Under the pieces are notes generated by a model that had not been told where the DNA came from, searched no databases, and worked only from the letters and a program-made list of their open reading frames with translations. From the NCBI GenBank assembly GCA_965222605.1, contig OZ244960.1, positions 5,376,001 through 5,440,000 on the forward strand: DNA of 64,000 bases, written 5' to 3'. Shown here piece by piece: positions 49,078 to 57,862 of this stretch. The DNA is from Candidatus Latescibacterota bacterium (lineage in GTDB: Bacteria > Latescibacterota > UBA2968). Both the position numbers and the translations under genes were made by a program. How positions within the stretch are numbered: position 1 is the stretch's first letter; every line of letters starts with the position of its first letter.

Positions 49078-49533
49078 TTATTCAGACTTACGACAGGAAA
49101 AAACGACGATATCATGCTCCGATGGTTCGGTGTCCCCGTAAGCTTTCGTCGTCTGTATATCCATAAATCCTGCGGTACGTAGCATTTCTTCAAATTCAAC
49201 TGTGTCATAAAACCGTTCATTATAGTCGAACAGTTCAGTCGTAGTGAGTTCTCCATTCATATACACTTCATATTTGGTTAGGTTGCGAATGACTCGTCCA
49301 CCGTCTCTTTCAGACCATAATGAAGTAATCCAAACGGTCGAACCATCAAGCCGGTCTTCGATTTCAATTTCCGTTTCGCCTGATTTTCCAAACTCACCTT
49401 CTTCAAGTGGCGTCTTGACGTCCAGAACAAACCATCCACCGGGCAAGAGATAGTCCCAGAGTTTCTGGAGAGATTTCCGAGCAGATTCCTTTTCATAGAG
49501 ATGACCAAATGAACGGTCCGGGATGAAAATGAA
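49078..49533 (-). pseudogene. C-terminal part of a SAM methyltransferase, 5' end replaced by a GNAT gene
   Basis: IFIPDRSFGHL...YLLPGGWFVLD; motif I absent. Confidence 0.8.
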
Positions 49534-50074
49534 TCCATTTGTCCCGATACAAGAGAAATACAGACCGCTCGGGCAACATGTGGTCCTCAAATTCGCCTCT
49601 ACCCAGTCCAGGGGGTACACGCTCGATCTCCTCAAAATCCAGCCGGTGGAGAAGCCGGACAGACCGTTTGTTTGCAACAACGCATCTGGCTTCAATTTCG
49701 TCCAGATCCAAATCTTCAAAACCTACCTGCAGGATGCTTCGGACAGCCTCTGATGCAAAGCCCTGACCCCAATAAACGGGCGACAATTCGTAGCCTATGT
49801 CACCCCGCCGGCTCTCAATGCTTTCTGTGCGTATTCCGCAGTTACCGAGTAATATCCCATTTGAGCGGTCTGTGATGGCGAACTGGAACTTGCATCTCGG
49901 ACTTTCTTTGGACCATGCGATGCACTTATCTACAAAGCGGACGCACTCCTCTCTGGTGTAGGCGGGCCGGTAGTAGTATTCCAGATACCTTGGGTCCCTT
50001 CTGAACTCGACGATGGCGTCCACGTCTTGTTTGGTGAACTCCCTCAGAAGTAAGCGTTCAGTCAACTTTTCCAA
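49493..50074 (-). CDS. RimJ/RimL-type GNAT (copy 1)
   Basis: TERLLLREF, IGYEL..YWGQGFASEA, N.RS.RLL.RL; TTG start after GAGGAAGG. Confidence 0.88.
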   Translation of the reverse strand: MEKLTERLLLREFTKQDVDAIVEFRRDPRYLEYYYRPAYTREECVRFVDKCIAWSKESPRCKFQFAITDRSNGILLGNCGIRTESIESRRGDIGYELSPVYWGQGFASEAVRSILQVGFEDLDLDEIEARCVVANKRSVRLLHRLDFEEIERVPPGLGRGEFEDHMLPERSVFLLYRDKWIHFHPGPFIWSSL

Positions 50075-50150
50075 TTTGGCCTTCCTCAATTCATAGCCTC
50101 TTTTCAAAAAAAATCACATCAAACCCGGATATCTTCTGTCGTTCTATTTC
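50075..50150 (-). repeat. 3' remnant and downstream flank of the GNAT at 62752-63210
   Basis: Near-identical to 62735-62810; encodes EIERQKISGFDVIFFEKRL*. Confidence 0.88.
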
Positions 50151-50155
50151 CAAAG

Positions 50156-50893
50156 TTACATTTTTCTGACTATAAAGTATGCACGTCTGCCCAGCTCATA
50201 GGGCTCGCAATCCAGTGACGAAAAAGTATCGCACACCTCGAAACCCACCTCGGAAAAGAGAAATGTCAACTCTCGAAATCCATAGACCCGCATAGAGCTT
50301 GTCTTCGTCTCGGAAATTCCGTTCGCAACCAAAGTCCATTCATTATCAATCCGGCTCTCCGTGTGTCTGTATTTCGTGTCATCCAGGACAGTAGTTTCAC
50401 CTACTTTGCTCCAACTGCGGAGCTGGAGTCTTGGGAGTATTGTTTCTGCGACGTTGGGAATATCCAGAGCAAATCTCGAACCAGTCTTGAGCGTTCGATG
50501 CACTGCCTCGAGGAATCGCCTATTTCCGTCGTCGTCGAAGTATCCAAAACTTCCCCAAAAACAGAATGCCGCATCGAATGTCTCAATCCAGGACAGATCC
50601 CTCATATCCGTCTCAACAAGCTCAAGACCAAGATTCGCTCCTTGTGAAGCGGATTGCGCCTCTTGAAGAAGGACGGTTGTAATGTCAACGCCGGTTACTT
50701 TATAGCCTCTCTCAGCCAGAGGAATCGCCAATCTACCATTGCCACACGGCACATCGAGAACCCGACAACCTGGCTTCAAATTGAGCACGCGCACGAGGAA
50801 ATCTACCTCTTCTGAGGTACGCTCTGCTCGCATGTTTCTTTGAACGTCGAGCCAATTTCCAGAAAAAAAAGTGGTCCACCATTCAGTACTCAC
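50156..50893 (-). CDS. Class I SAM-dependent methyltransferase
   Basis: VLDVPCGNGR, DMRDL, SFGYF; GTG start with a GGAG RBS. Confidence 0.92.
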   Translation of the reverse strand: MSTEWWTTFFSGNWLDVQRNMRAERTSEEVDFLVRVLNLKPGCRVLDVPCGNGRLAIPLAERGYKVTGVDITTVLLQEAQSASQGANLGLELVETDMRDLSWIETFDAAFCFWGSFGYFDDDGNRRFLEAVHRTLKTGSRFALDIPNVAETILPRLQLRSWSKVGETTVLDDTKYRHTESRIDNEWTLVANGISETKTSSMRVYGFRELTFLFSEVGFEVCDTFSSLDCEPYELGRRAYFIVRKM

Positions 50894-51199
50894 ATTTCGT
50901 CTCCAATCTCGGATCACTTTGCCGGGGTGGGGTTGGGGGCTTTCACAGAACGACAAGCCTGAGATCAAATCATGATATATTCCGCTATCAGTTTCTTCAA
51001 CGCTTTGCCTTTTTCAGCTATCTCCTGACTCTCAAAATGTCGAATTTCAAAAAGTCTCACTAAACTCTCATAAAGATCCGCAATCTCAGAATCTCAACAA
51101 TCTGTTCATTAATCCGCTTATCATAGGCAATAGGAGTGCATCCGTATTTGTTGAATAGAAAGGCCTTCAAACATAATCCTATCTACAAGCAGGCGGCGT

Positions 51200-52222
51200 A
51201 TGCAAACATCTGAACAGACGAAGACCAACCTGAGGAGTTACGATTCCCTTACCCAAAGAGGCCAAGCTCGGCGTCTGCGCGAACTCGCGAAGTCCGCACT
51301 GCGTCAATTCGGCATTCGCGTCCATCGCCTCGAACTCATCAAGCACCTGGTCAACACGACATTCAGACTCCGATCAAGTGAAGGAGAATTTCTGGTTCGC
51401 GTGCACCGGGAAAAAAACCACACCGTTCGCCTGGTCGAATCAGAACTGGCGTGGCTCTTGGCGCTATCCAAAGAAGCCGATGTTACAGTCCAGACGCCCT
51501 ATCTCGCCCCAGACGGCAGAAGCGTTGTTTTGGCGGAGGCAGCCGGTGTGCCCAAAGCTTACCCCGTCACCGTGCTTTCATGGCTCAAAGGAAGGATCGT
51601 GCCTCAGGTGCGTCGGACAACCATGCATTACGAAGGCCTCGGGCGCCTTGTTGCCACACTACACAAACACGCGATACAGTGGGAGCCACCTGACGATTTC
51701 GAACGCCCTGTCTATGATGCCATTCATCAACTGGGAAAGCTATCAGTCCGACCCTTGCCTGAGTTAGGGCCTCGATACCTGCCCGCGTACGTCTTGAGGG
51801 ACATGGAAGCCGTCTATGAACGGCGTCAAGAAGCCGAAAAGGTGCTGGGTACTGGTTGCGAGCATTTTGGCCTGATCCACTTTGATCTCAGCTTCAGCAA
51901 TATCCTATTCTATGGCCGGGAAGCACTACCGATCGATTTCGATGCGTGTGGCTTCGGTTTTTATGCCTACGATCTCGGTGTTGCTCTGACAGGTCCCTTT
52001 GCCTACGAGAACTTTATGGCCCGATGTGAGGCTGTCTTCCGAGGCTATCGCCAGGTCCTACCTCTCAGGCGCGAATGGATCGAGTACCTCCCGACCTTCA
52101 TGGCATCTCGCACTGCTTCCTATATCTTACATGTCGCAGCGAATCCGAAGGCTGTAGAGTCACAGTGGCGCTCCCTCCTACGTCCCCTTCTTAAGGCCAC
52201 TCTTGATCAGTTTCCCTCCTGA
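51200..52222 (+). CDS. APH/homoserine kinase type II family phosphotransferase
   Basis: ESELAWL, LIHFDL...NI, IDFD. Confidence 0.88.
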   Translation: MQTSEQTKTNLRSYDSLTQRGQARRLRELAKSALRQFGIRVHRLELIKHLVNTTFRLRSSEGEFLVRVHREKNHTVRLVESELAWLLALSKEADVTVQTPYLAPDGRSVVLAEAAGVPKAYPVTVLSWLKGRIVPQVRRTTMHYEGLGRLVATLHKHAIQWEPPDDFERPVYDAIHQLGKLSVRPLPELGPRYLPAYVLRDMEAVYERRQEAEKVLGTGCEHFGLIHFDLSFSNILFYGREALPIDFDACGFGFYAYDLGVALTGPFAYENFMARCEAVFRGYRQVLPLRREWIEYLPTFMASRTASYILHVAANPKAVESQWRSLLRPLLKATLDQFPS

Positions 52223-52258
52223 TGTCCTTAGTTTCTGGTGACGAACAAACCGATTCAG

Positions 52259-52338
52259 ATATACGAGATATCCTACAGGATACCCGTAGCCCTCGGTTTG
52301 GAAGCCCTCGGGGCCAGCACCACCGGCTCTCACCCCCT
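52259..52338 (-). pseudogene. Second, 3'-truncated copy of the allo-tRNA-like gene
   Basis: Matches 46399-46477, and the upstream flank also matches to about 52401; T arm, 3' acceptor strand and CCA are absent. Confidence 0.88.
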
Positions 52339-52400
52339 GCTCAATAATTCGACGATATCATAAAATGGAATGTTTCGGCTGGGATAGGGAAGACTACACA

Positions 52401-52979
52401 TTATTTGTCTCGAAGCGCGTGGATCCATTTGTCCCGATACAAGAGAAATACAGACCGCTCGGGCAATGTGCGGTCCTCAAATTCATCTCTACCCGGTCCG
52501 GGGGGTACACGCTCAGTCTCCTCGAAACCCAGCCGGTGGAGAAGCCGGACAGACCGTTTGTTTGCAACAACGCATCTGGCTTCAATCTCGTCCAGGCCCA
52601 AATCTTCAAAACCTACCTGTAGGATGCTCCGGACAGCCTCTGACGCAAAGCCCTGACCCCAATAAACGGGCGACAATTCGTAGCCTATGTCACCCCGCTG
52701 GCTCTCAATGCTTTCTGTGCGTACTCCACAGTCACCGAGTAATATCCCATTTGAGCGGTTCGTGATGGCCAACTGGAACTTGCATCTGGGACTTTCTTTG
52801 GACCATGCGATACACTTATCTACAAAGCGGACGCACTCCTCTCTGGTGTAGGCGGGCCGGTAGTAGTATTCCAGATACCTTGGGTCCCTCCTGAACTCGG
52901 CGATGGCGTCCACGTCTTGTTTGGTGAACTCTCTCAGAAGCAAGCGTTCGGTCAGCTTTTCCATATAGATCCAGTTCAT
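52401..52979 (-). CDS. RimJ/RimL-type GNAT (copy 2)
   Basis: Near-identical to 49493-50074; start at 52979 (ATGA overlap) or 52964. Confidence 0.88.
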   Translation of the reverse strand: MNWIYMEKLTERLLLREFTKQDVDAIAEFRRDPRYLEYYYRPAYTREECVRFVDKCIAWSKESPRCKFQLAITNRSNGILLGDCGVRTESIESQRGDIGYELSPVYWGQGFASEAVRSILQVGFEDLGLDEIEARCVVANKRSVRLLHRLGFEETERVPPGPGRDEFEDRTLPERSVFLLYRDKWIHALRDK

Positions 52980-54214
52980 GATTCTTTGTCTTCGATATGA
53001 ACAACAGACGGAATCATCCGAGCAGATGTTCCAAGAACGAGGGTCAGTAATCCTCCTGCTAAGAACCACGGCTGCGGGCCAAATACATCGGTTACGGGAC
53101 CTATCACGATGAGACCGAGCATCGTTGTAGACTGCACGGAACTATGAAGAGCGCCAAATACGCGGCCTTGTAGATGGGGATCGACATTGGCCTGAAGGAG
53201 CGCCCGGAGAGGCGCGTTGATAAGCGAGCTACCGACGCCGCTTAAAGCTATGCCTATGATGGCTAAAGCAAGACGGGTATGAGGGGCTATACCTACGAGT
53301 ATTGTTCCAATGCCATACACAATCCAGCCGAAGATCGTCGTCATGATTCGGCGACGGAATCCACCCCAAGCCCCAACCAGAAGGCCTCCCAAGACAATGC
53401 CCGCTCCCCATGCAGAATTAAACCAACCAAGTTCGGTAGCACCTCCATTGAAGTGATCTGTTATCAAGAGGGGCGAGATGGTCATCTTCGTGTTCCCAAA
53501 TATGTTTAATACGGCAGCAATCAATATTAAGTTCCGAAGACCAGGCCATCTCCACAAATAACGAAATCCTTCCAGCATATCAGCCCATATTCCACTCCCT
53601 TGGCTATGCTTCCCCTCCATCCTTTTTGGCTGTGGAATCCAAATGAAGAGGAGAGGACCGATAGCAAGCATTGCCGTCAAAACATCGATGGCCAATATGA
53701 GATGTATCTCAAACACAGCCAATGCTATTGCTCCAAGGGGAGGCCCTCCCATACTGAGTACTCCATGCAGGGTTTGATTCGTCCCCTGGATCCTGGCCAG
53801 ATGTTTTTCGGGCACCATCAGAGGCGTGGAAGTTATCATCGCCAAGCCTTGAAATGCACGGCCAATACTCGCAAGGAAGTTTACTGCGTAGATATGCCAG
53901 ATCTCGATAATTCCCATCCAGAAAAGACCAGCAAGACCGGCCATGGCTATCGCAACAAGCGTATCCGAGACGATCATTACAATTCGGCGGTTCCATCTAT
54001 CGTTCAGTGCGCCAATGATGGGAGCCAAGAAGACTTCTGGTAGATAGGCGACAAGGACTGAGGTCGCGAGAATGGTCGCAGATCCTGTCTTTTCTGTAAG
54101 CCACCACACCAGAGCAAACTGTGCAACTTGAGTTCCAAAAGACGACAGCGTTTGTCCCGTCCATATGGTAAAAAAGCCGCCAGCCCATGCCCCGTCTCTA
54201 TTCAGATGAATCAA
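52976..54214 (-). CDS. MFS transporter (Mef-like macrolide-efflux family)
   Basis: IWTGQ.LS.FG, FALVWW..TGSA, DRWNRR, QGRVF. Confidence 0.92.
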   Translation of the reverse strand: MIHLNRDGAWAGGFFTIWTGQTLSSFGTQVAQFALVWWLTEKTGSATILATSVLVAYLPEVFLAPIIGALNDRWNRRIVMIVSDTLVAIAMAGLAGLFWMGIIEIWHIYAVNFLASIGRAFQGLAMITSTPLMVPEKHLARIQGTNQTLHGVLSMGGPPLGAIALAVFEIHLILAIDVLTAMLAIGPLLFIWIPQPKRMEGKHSQGSGIWADMLEGFRYLWRWPGLRNLILIAAVLNIFGNTKMTISPLLITDHFNGGATELGWFNSAWGAGIVLGGLLVGAWGGFRRRIMTTIFGWIVYGIGTILVGIAPHTRLALAIIGIALSGVGSSLINAPLRALLQANVDPHLQGRVFGALHSSVQSTTMLGLIVIGPVTDVFGPQPWFLAGGLLTLVLGTSARMIPSVVHIEDKES

Positions 54215-54257
54215 TTATCTCTCCTTTTACTATACAAATATGGATTCCCTGCATGGC

Positions 54258-54340
54258 GTATAACGTCTCGCGTATCCCCGAAGCCGAGAAGCGGTTTGAG
54301 GGGGTGGGATTAGGTAGTATCCGGAGCTGTGGTGTTATAT
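54258..54340 (-). repeat. attC-like site (83 bp), diverged copy of 61315-61397
   Basis: ATATAAC...GAGAC-GTTATAC; shared sequence with the 61.3 kb copy extends to about 54396. Confidence 0.65.
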
Positions 54341-54398
54341 GTTATGACAGTTTTGTGATCATTCAAAGAAGAAAGGGGACGTCATCACTTTTCTTTTC

Positions 54399-54477
54399 TT
54401 AGAGATGGACTGCTAGCGTTTTGTTTCATGATTGGCTTAAAAATTCTCTACTATTTTAATGGGGGGTGCGGGACACG
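54399..54477 (+). promoter_or_regulatory. Repeated promoter module P (copy a)
   Basis: Similar to 60597-60657 and 62355-62434; TTGGCT-17nt-TTTAAT. Confidence 0.6.
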
Positions 54478-54564
54478 ATGAAACAGACTGTGGATGCCGT
54501 ATATGAAAATGGAGTCTTCAAACCTTTGAAACCTCCTGAACTATCTGAGGGTCAGCACGTTCGT
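54478..54564 (+). pseudogene. N-terminal remnant of a DUF104 antitoxin
   Basis: MKQTVDAVYENGVFKPL..EGQHVR, then similarity to the 62435 copy ends. Confidence 0.85.
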
Positions 54565-54686
54565 TTTTCGATCATTACACAGTATGAGATTCTACGCGGC
54601 CTGCCATTCCCTCATTGCTTTCTCTCGCGGATTTGTTCATATAAGGAGCAAGCCGTTGTTATCTTTTTAAAACAGGAGGTTACTGG

Positions 54687-55667
54687 ATGTCCAAACCGCT
54701 TTATCAACTGGACTGGCAGCGTCAGGAGCAGCCGGTTCTGTCGGGGATGACCACAAACCAGGACTGGTGCCGGGTGACGGTGTACAGCCCGGCCGTTCTC
54801 CGTATGGGCGATACGTACAAAATGTGGTACCTGGGCAACCGAACGGCCACGCGTACGAGCGATATGGATCTGGGGTATGCCGAGTCCCAGGATGGGCTGA
54901 CCTGGACGCCACATCCGGACAATCCGATCCTCAGCGGCGGGTTGCCGTGGGGCCGTGCGTGGCAGACGCCGCACGTGATCTTCGACAGCGATGAGAATCT
55001 TTACAAGATGTGGTTCGTGATGGCCGACAGCCATCCGGGTGAGGGGGGCAGGGCGATCGTTCTGGGGCAGAAGCTGGGGTATGCGACCAGCTCCGACGGT
55101 CTGGCATGGGAAGCCTACCCCGAGCCGATCTATCCGAGCGGGCGGGGGCCGTGCGTGTTGAAGGAGGGGCCGAACGCCTACCGGATGTGGATGTGTTCAT
55201 CCCCCAGTCCGGACGGAGAATTTGGAGATCTGGTCGGGAATATCTACCACTTCGAATCGGCCGACGGCATCGCCTGGACGCGGGACCCCGAACCGATGAT
55301 CCAGGCCACGGAAACACGCCAGAGCGTGATCTATCCGAGCGTTTTGCGGGACGAGCGGGGGTATACGATGTGGTACGGGTGCCATGTGGAGGGGGGAATC
55401 TTCGAGCTTTTCTGTTCGACGTCGGAGGACGGGCTGAATTGGACGCACCACCTAAAGGAGCCTTCGTTTCCCGCAACACGCGATCCGAACGATTTCGACG
55501 GACGGTACACGTCCACGCCATGCGTGCTGGACGACGGCGACCGTTACCTGATGTACTACTCCGCCCGAGACTGGGGAAACCTCTACCGGGCCGGGGACGG
55601 GACGATTAAGACCGACGGCGCGGGCATTTACCGCCACATCGGGGTGGCCGTATGTCCGAAGAAATAA
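54687..55667 (+). CDS. Five-bladed beta-propeller glycoside-hydrolase-like protein
   Basis: Repeated P.V...Y.MWY...YA.S.DG..W blades. Confidence 0.8.
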   Translation: MSKPLYQLDWQRQEQPVLSGMTTNQDWCRVTVYSPAVLRMGDTYKMWYLGNRTATRTSDMDLGYAESQDGLTWTPHPDNPILSGGLPWGRAWQTPHVIFDSDENLYKMWFVMADSHPGEGGRAIVLGQKLGYATSSDGLAWEAYPEPIYPSGRGPCVLKEGPNAYRMWMCSSPSPDGEFGDLVGNIYHFESADGIAWTRDPEPMIQATETRQSVIYPSVLRDERGYTMWYGCHVEGGIFELFCSTSEDGLNWTHHLKEPSFPATRDPNDFDGRYTSTPCVLDDGDRYLMYYSARDWGNLYRAGDGTIKTDGAGIYRHIGVAVCPKK

Positions 55668-55744
55668 ACCGCGACAAGATGAGATCGGGGCGTCAATAGT
55701 GCACACGCCATAGACCTGTTTTTTTCTTTTGACTCTTCTTTTCC

Positions 55745-55798
55745 CGTTTGCGCTCAAGCGCTCGGTTTACCGTCTCGCTGTGCAACGCTTTGTTGGGC
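55745..55798 (-). repeat. Near-complete attC site lacking the TT of R'
   Basis: TAG overlaps GCCCAAC-AAAGCGTTGCA...TTGAGCGCAAAC-G|GG. Confidence 0.65.
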
Positions 55799-57564
55799 TA
55801 TACTGATTTACTTTCTTTTTTGAGTCGCTCTTTCACCCAGCGATATTCTCCCAGATGGTTTCGTTGCTCCTCCGTGACCAATCTGTCCAGGGCGGCTCTT
55901 CCTAGCCTGTCTTGTACTTGCTGATAGTATAGGCTGGCTGGTGTAACGCGGGTGCCTGCCTCATCGCTCTTGCCAGAACCGATCACCCAGCTGATTCCGT
56001 CTGGGGGTGCTTCCACGTCGAATCCCGGAGCGACACAGTTATAGAAACAGGTCTGAGTTCCGGCCCACCCATGACCGGTACCAGAGTTGCCTCGGAACCG
56101 TGATTCCATTCCCCGCTCAGATTTTACATTGTCGAACAGGGTACCAACAGAATAGCGATGGTGCGGACCCGCAGAAGACTTGGTGTCGAATCCAATACAA
56201 TCGACGAAGACGTTGGGCCCTGCCGTTCTTTCCTGTGTGACAAATTCATGGCGTCCGTTATAGGCAAGGCAACGTTGCACCAGATTCAGTTGCCCATCAA
56301 TCATGAATGTGTAGCGACGACCGCCGACGATTTTTGACGCATGACCAAGATTGACACAGTCTTGTACAGTTGCACGCTTGCCGGAAGCAGAGACCAAGGA
56401 CCAACCGAAATAGTGTCCCGTGACGTTACGTACCCAGGTATTCTCGGTATTGCTCTTGAGTTGGACCCCATGCCAGGCGTGGTTTTCAGCCCGACTCGTT
56501 TCCGTAAGGTTTCCGTAGGGATGATCAGGAGCAGGTGCGGCGAACTCTGAAACCAGGAGCATGTTTTCAACACCGACTTCAGTCACACGTCCTGCTGGCT
56601 CGTATTGGTAGATTGCGCCTCCGCCATATTGATGCTCCATCGGATGGACGATTGGGGCATCAACAATGATGCGGTTTGCATCAACTCCAATGATACGACG
56701 TTCAAAATAGAGATCATAGTCTCCGGCTTCCCATTGTCTGGTAAAGTCAAATGTCTTCCCATCCTCAGACAAAGGTACCCGCTTAACAAAGTCGTCCCAG
56801 GATTCATCTGGCTTCTGCAGCAGACAGTACTTGCTATGACTGTCAAGACGTTGGTAGTAGAAGCCTGCTGCCTCGTCGTCCTTTACCCAGCGCACGTTAC
56901 GAACGCCAGCCCACCTGGGTTTCAGTTTATCGCAACCAATGAGATGGATCCAATCCGCCGTTGATGGCCTATGCACGACAATTCGATCTCCGGGCTTATA
57001 GCCTGAAGCCGATTTCACTTCAAAGGAATGACTCCCGATAGGAACATAAGCATCGACGATCGCCTGCCTGGAATCCGTTACCAGTTTTATTTGGTCCGTC
57101 GGGTATCCATGTAGGATATGAGCCTCGAGATTGTCTGATTTGGGACTAACCGTGATCAACGCCCGCTGGTATTTCTGGTCGTCGTAACCGGTGGCAATGA
57201 TGATGGTGTCATCCGGGCCGTCGCCTTCGCCCCTGAGAACAATACCACTGTGCGTAATTGTAAGCGTTCCCTCGACTCGGTAAACGCCACGCTTGAGCAA
57301 CAAAGCCCCGCGAAAGCCAACCTTGTCAGGCGGGAAGGTACTCAGTTTATCCAGCGCATCCTGGATGCGCTGGGTATCGTCACCATGACTCGATTCAAGG
57401 GTAATTTTCACAGGGACGTGAGGAATCGCCCTTTCGCCGGAATGATAGCCTACATGGGAGAAGTCAGGGAGACGGTTGCCCTTTGGGTCCTTCAAGTAGA
57501 TCAACTTTCCTGACGGATCAAGATGGTACAGATTGCTTGTGCTGCGGTGTGTCGATGTCTTCAT
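55798..57564 (-). CDS. Pectin-lyase-fold polysaccharide-lyase-like protein
   Basis: LPDFSHVGY, DDT.RIQ.ALD, SGIVLRGEG, GRH.F, SGTGHGWAG. Confidence 0.8.
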   Translation of the reverse strand: MKTSTHRSTSNLYHLDPSGKLIYLKDPKGNRLPDFSHVGYHSGERAIPHVPVKITLESSHGDDTQRIQDALDKLSTFPPDKVGFRGALLLKRGVYRVEGTLTITHSGIVLRGEGDGPDDTIIIATGYDDQKYQRALITVSPKSDNLEAHILHGYPTDQIKLVTDSRQAIVDAYVPIGSHSFEVKSASGYKPGDRIVVHRPSTADWIHLIGCDKLKPRWAGVRNVRWVKDDEAAGFYYQRLDSHSKYCLLQKPDESWDDFVKRVPLSEDGKTFDFTRQWEAGDYDLYFERRIIGVDANRIIVDAPIVHPMEHQYGGGAIYQYEPAGRVTEVGVENMLLVSEFAAPAPDHPYGNLTETSRAENHAWHGVQLKSNTENTWVRNVTGHYFGWSLVSASGKRATVQDCVNLGHASKIVGGRRYTFMIDGQLNLVQRCLAYNGRHEFVTQERTAGPNVFVDCIGFDTKSSAGPHHRYSVGTLFDNVKSERGMESRFRGNSGTGHGWAGTQTCFYNCVAPGFDVEAPPDGISWVIGSGKSDEAGTRVTPASLYYQQVQDRLGRAALDRLVTEEQRNHLGEYRWVKERLKKESKSV

Positions 57565-57862
57565 TGTTATTATTCTTCAAGTGAAACTTGATATAGAGAG
57601 ATTTGCTTTGTATGAGGTTTTCTTGGTTTTTGTGCACGATTTGTCGGGGTGGAGTGGTTGGGAGTTCTTGCGCCGCTTGCCTGTAACTACGGGATTAACG
57701 AACAGTTACGGTAATATTTGTTTACTGCATCAGTTCATCGTGCATTAACGCAAAGGCAGATGGTTTTTGGGGGTTTCTTAAAGCATCCAACACTCGGGCT
57801 ACAGCCGTCTCGGGTGTCTCCTTGAAAGTATCCACTTCAACAGGGACTCTGATTCTCAGACT

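Noticed and set aside
46373-52401. tRNA duplication as attL/attR of an integrated island
   Set aside because: The duplicated part is the 5' portion plus upstream flank rather than the 3' end, the copies are diverged, and no integrase lies between them.
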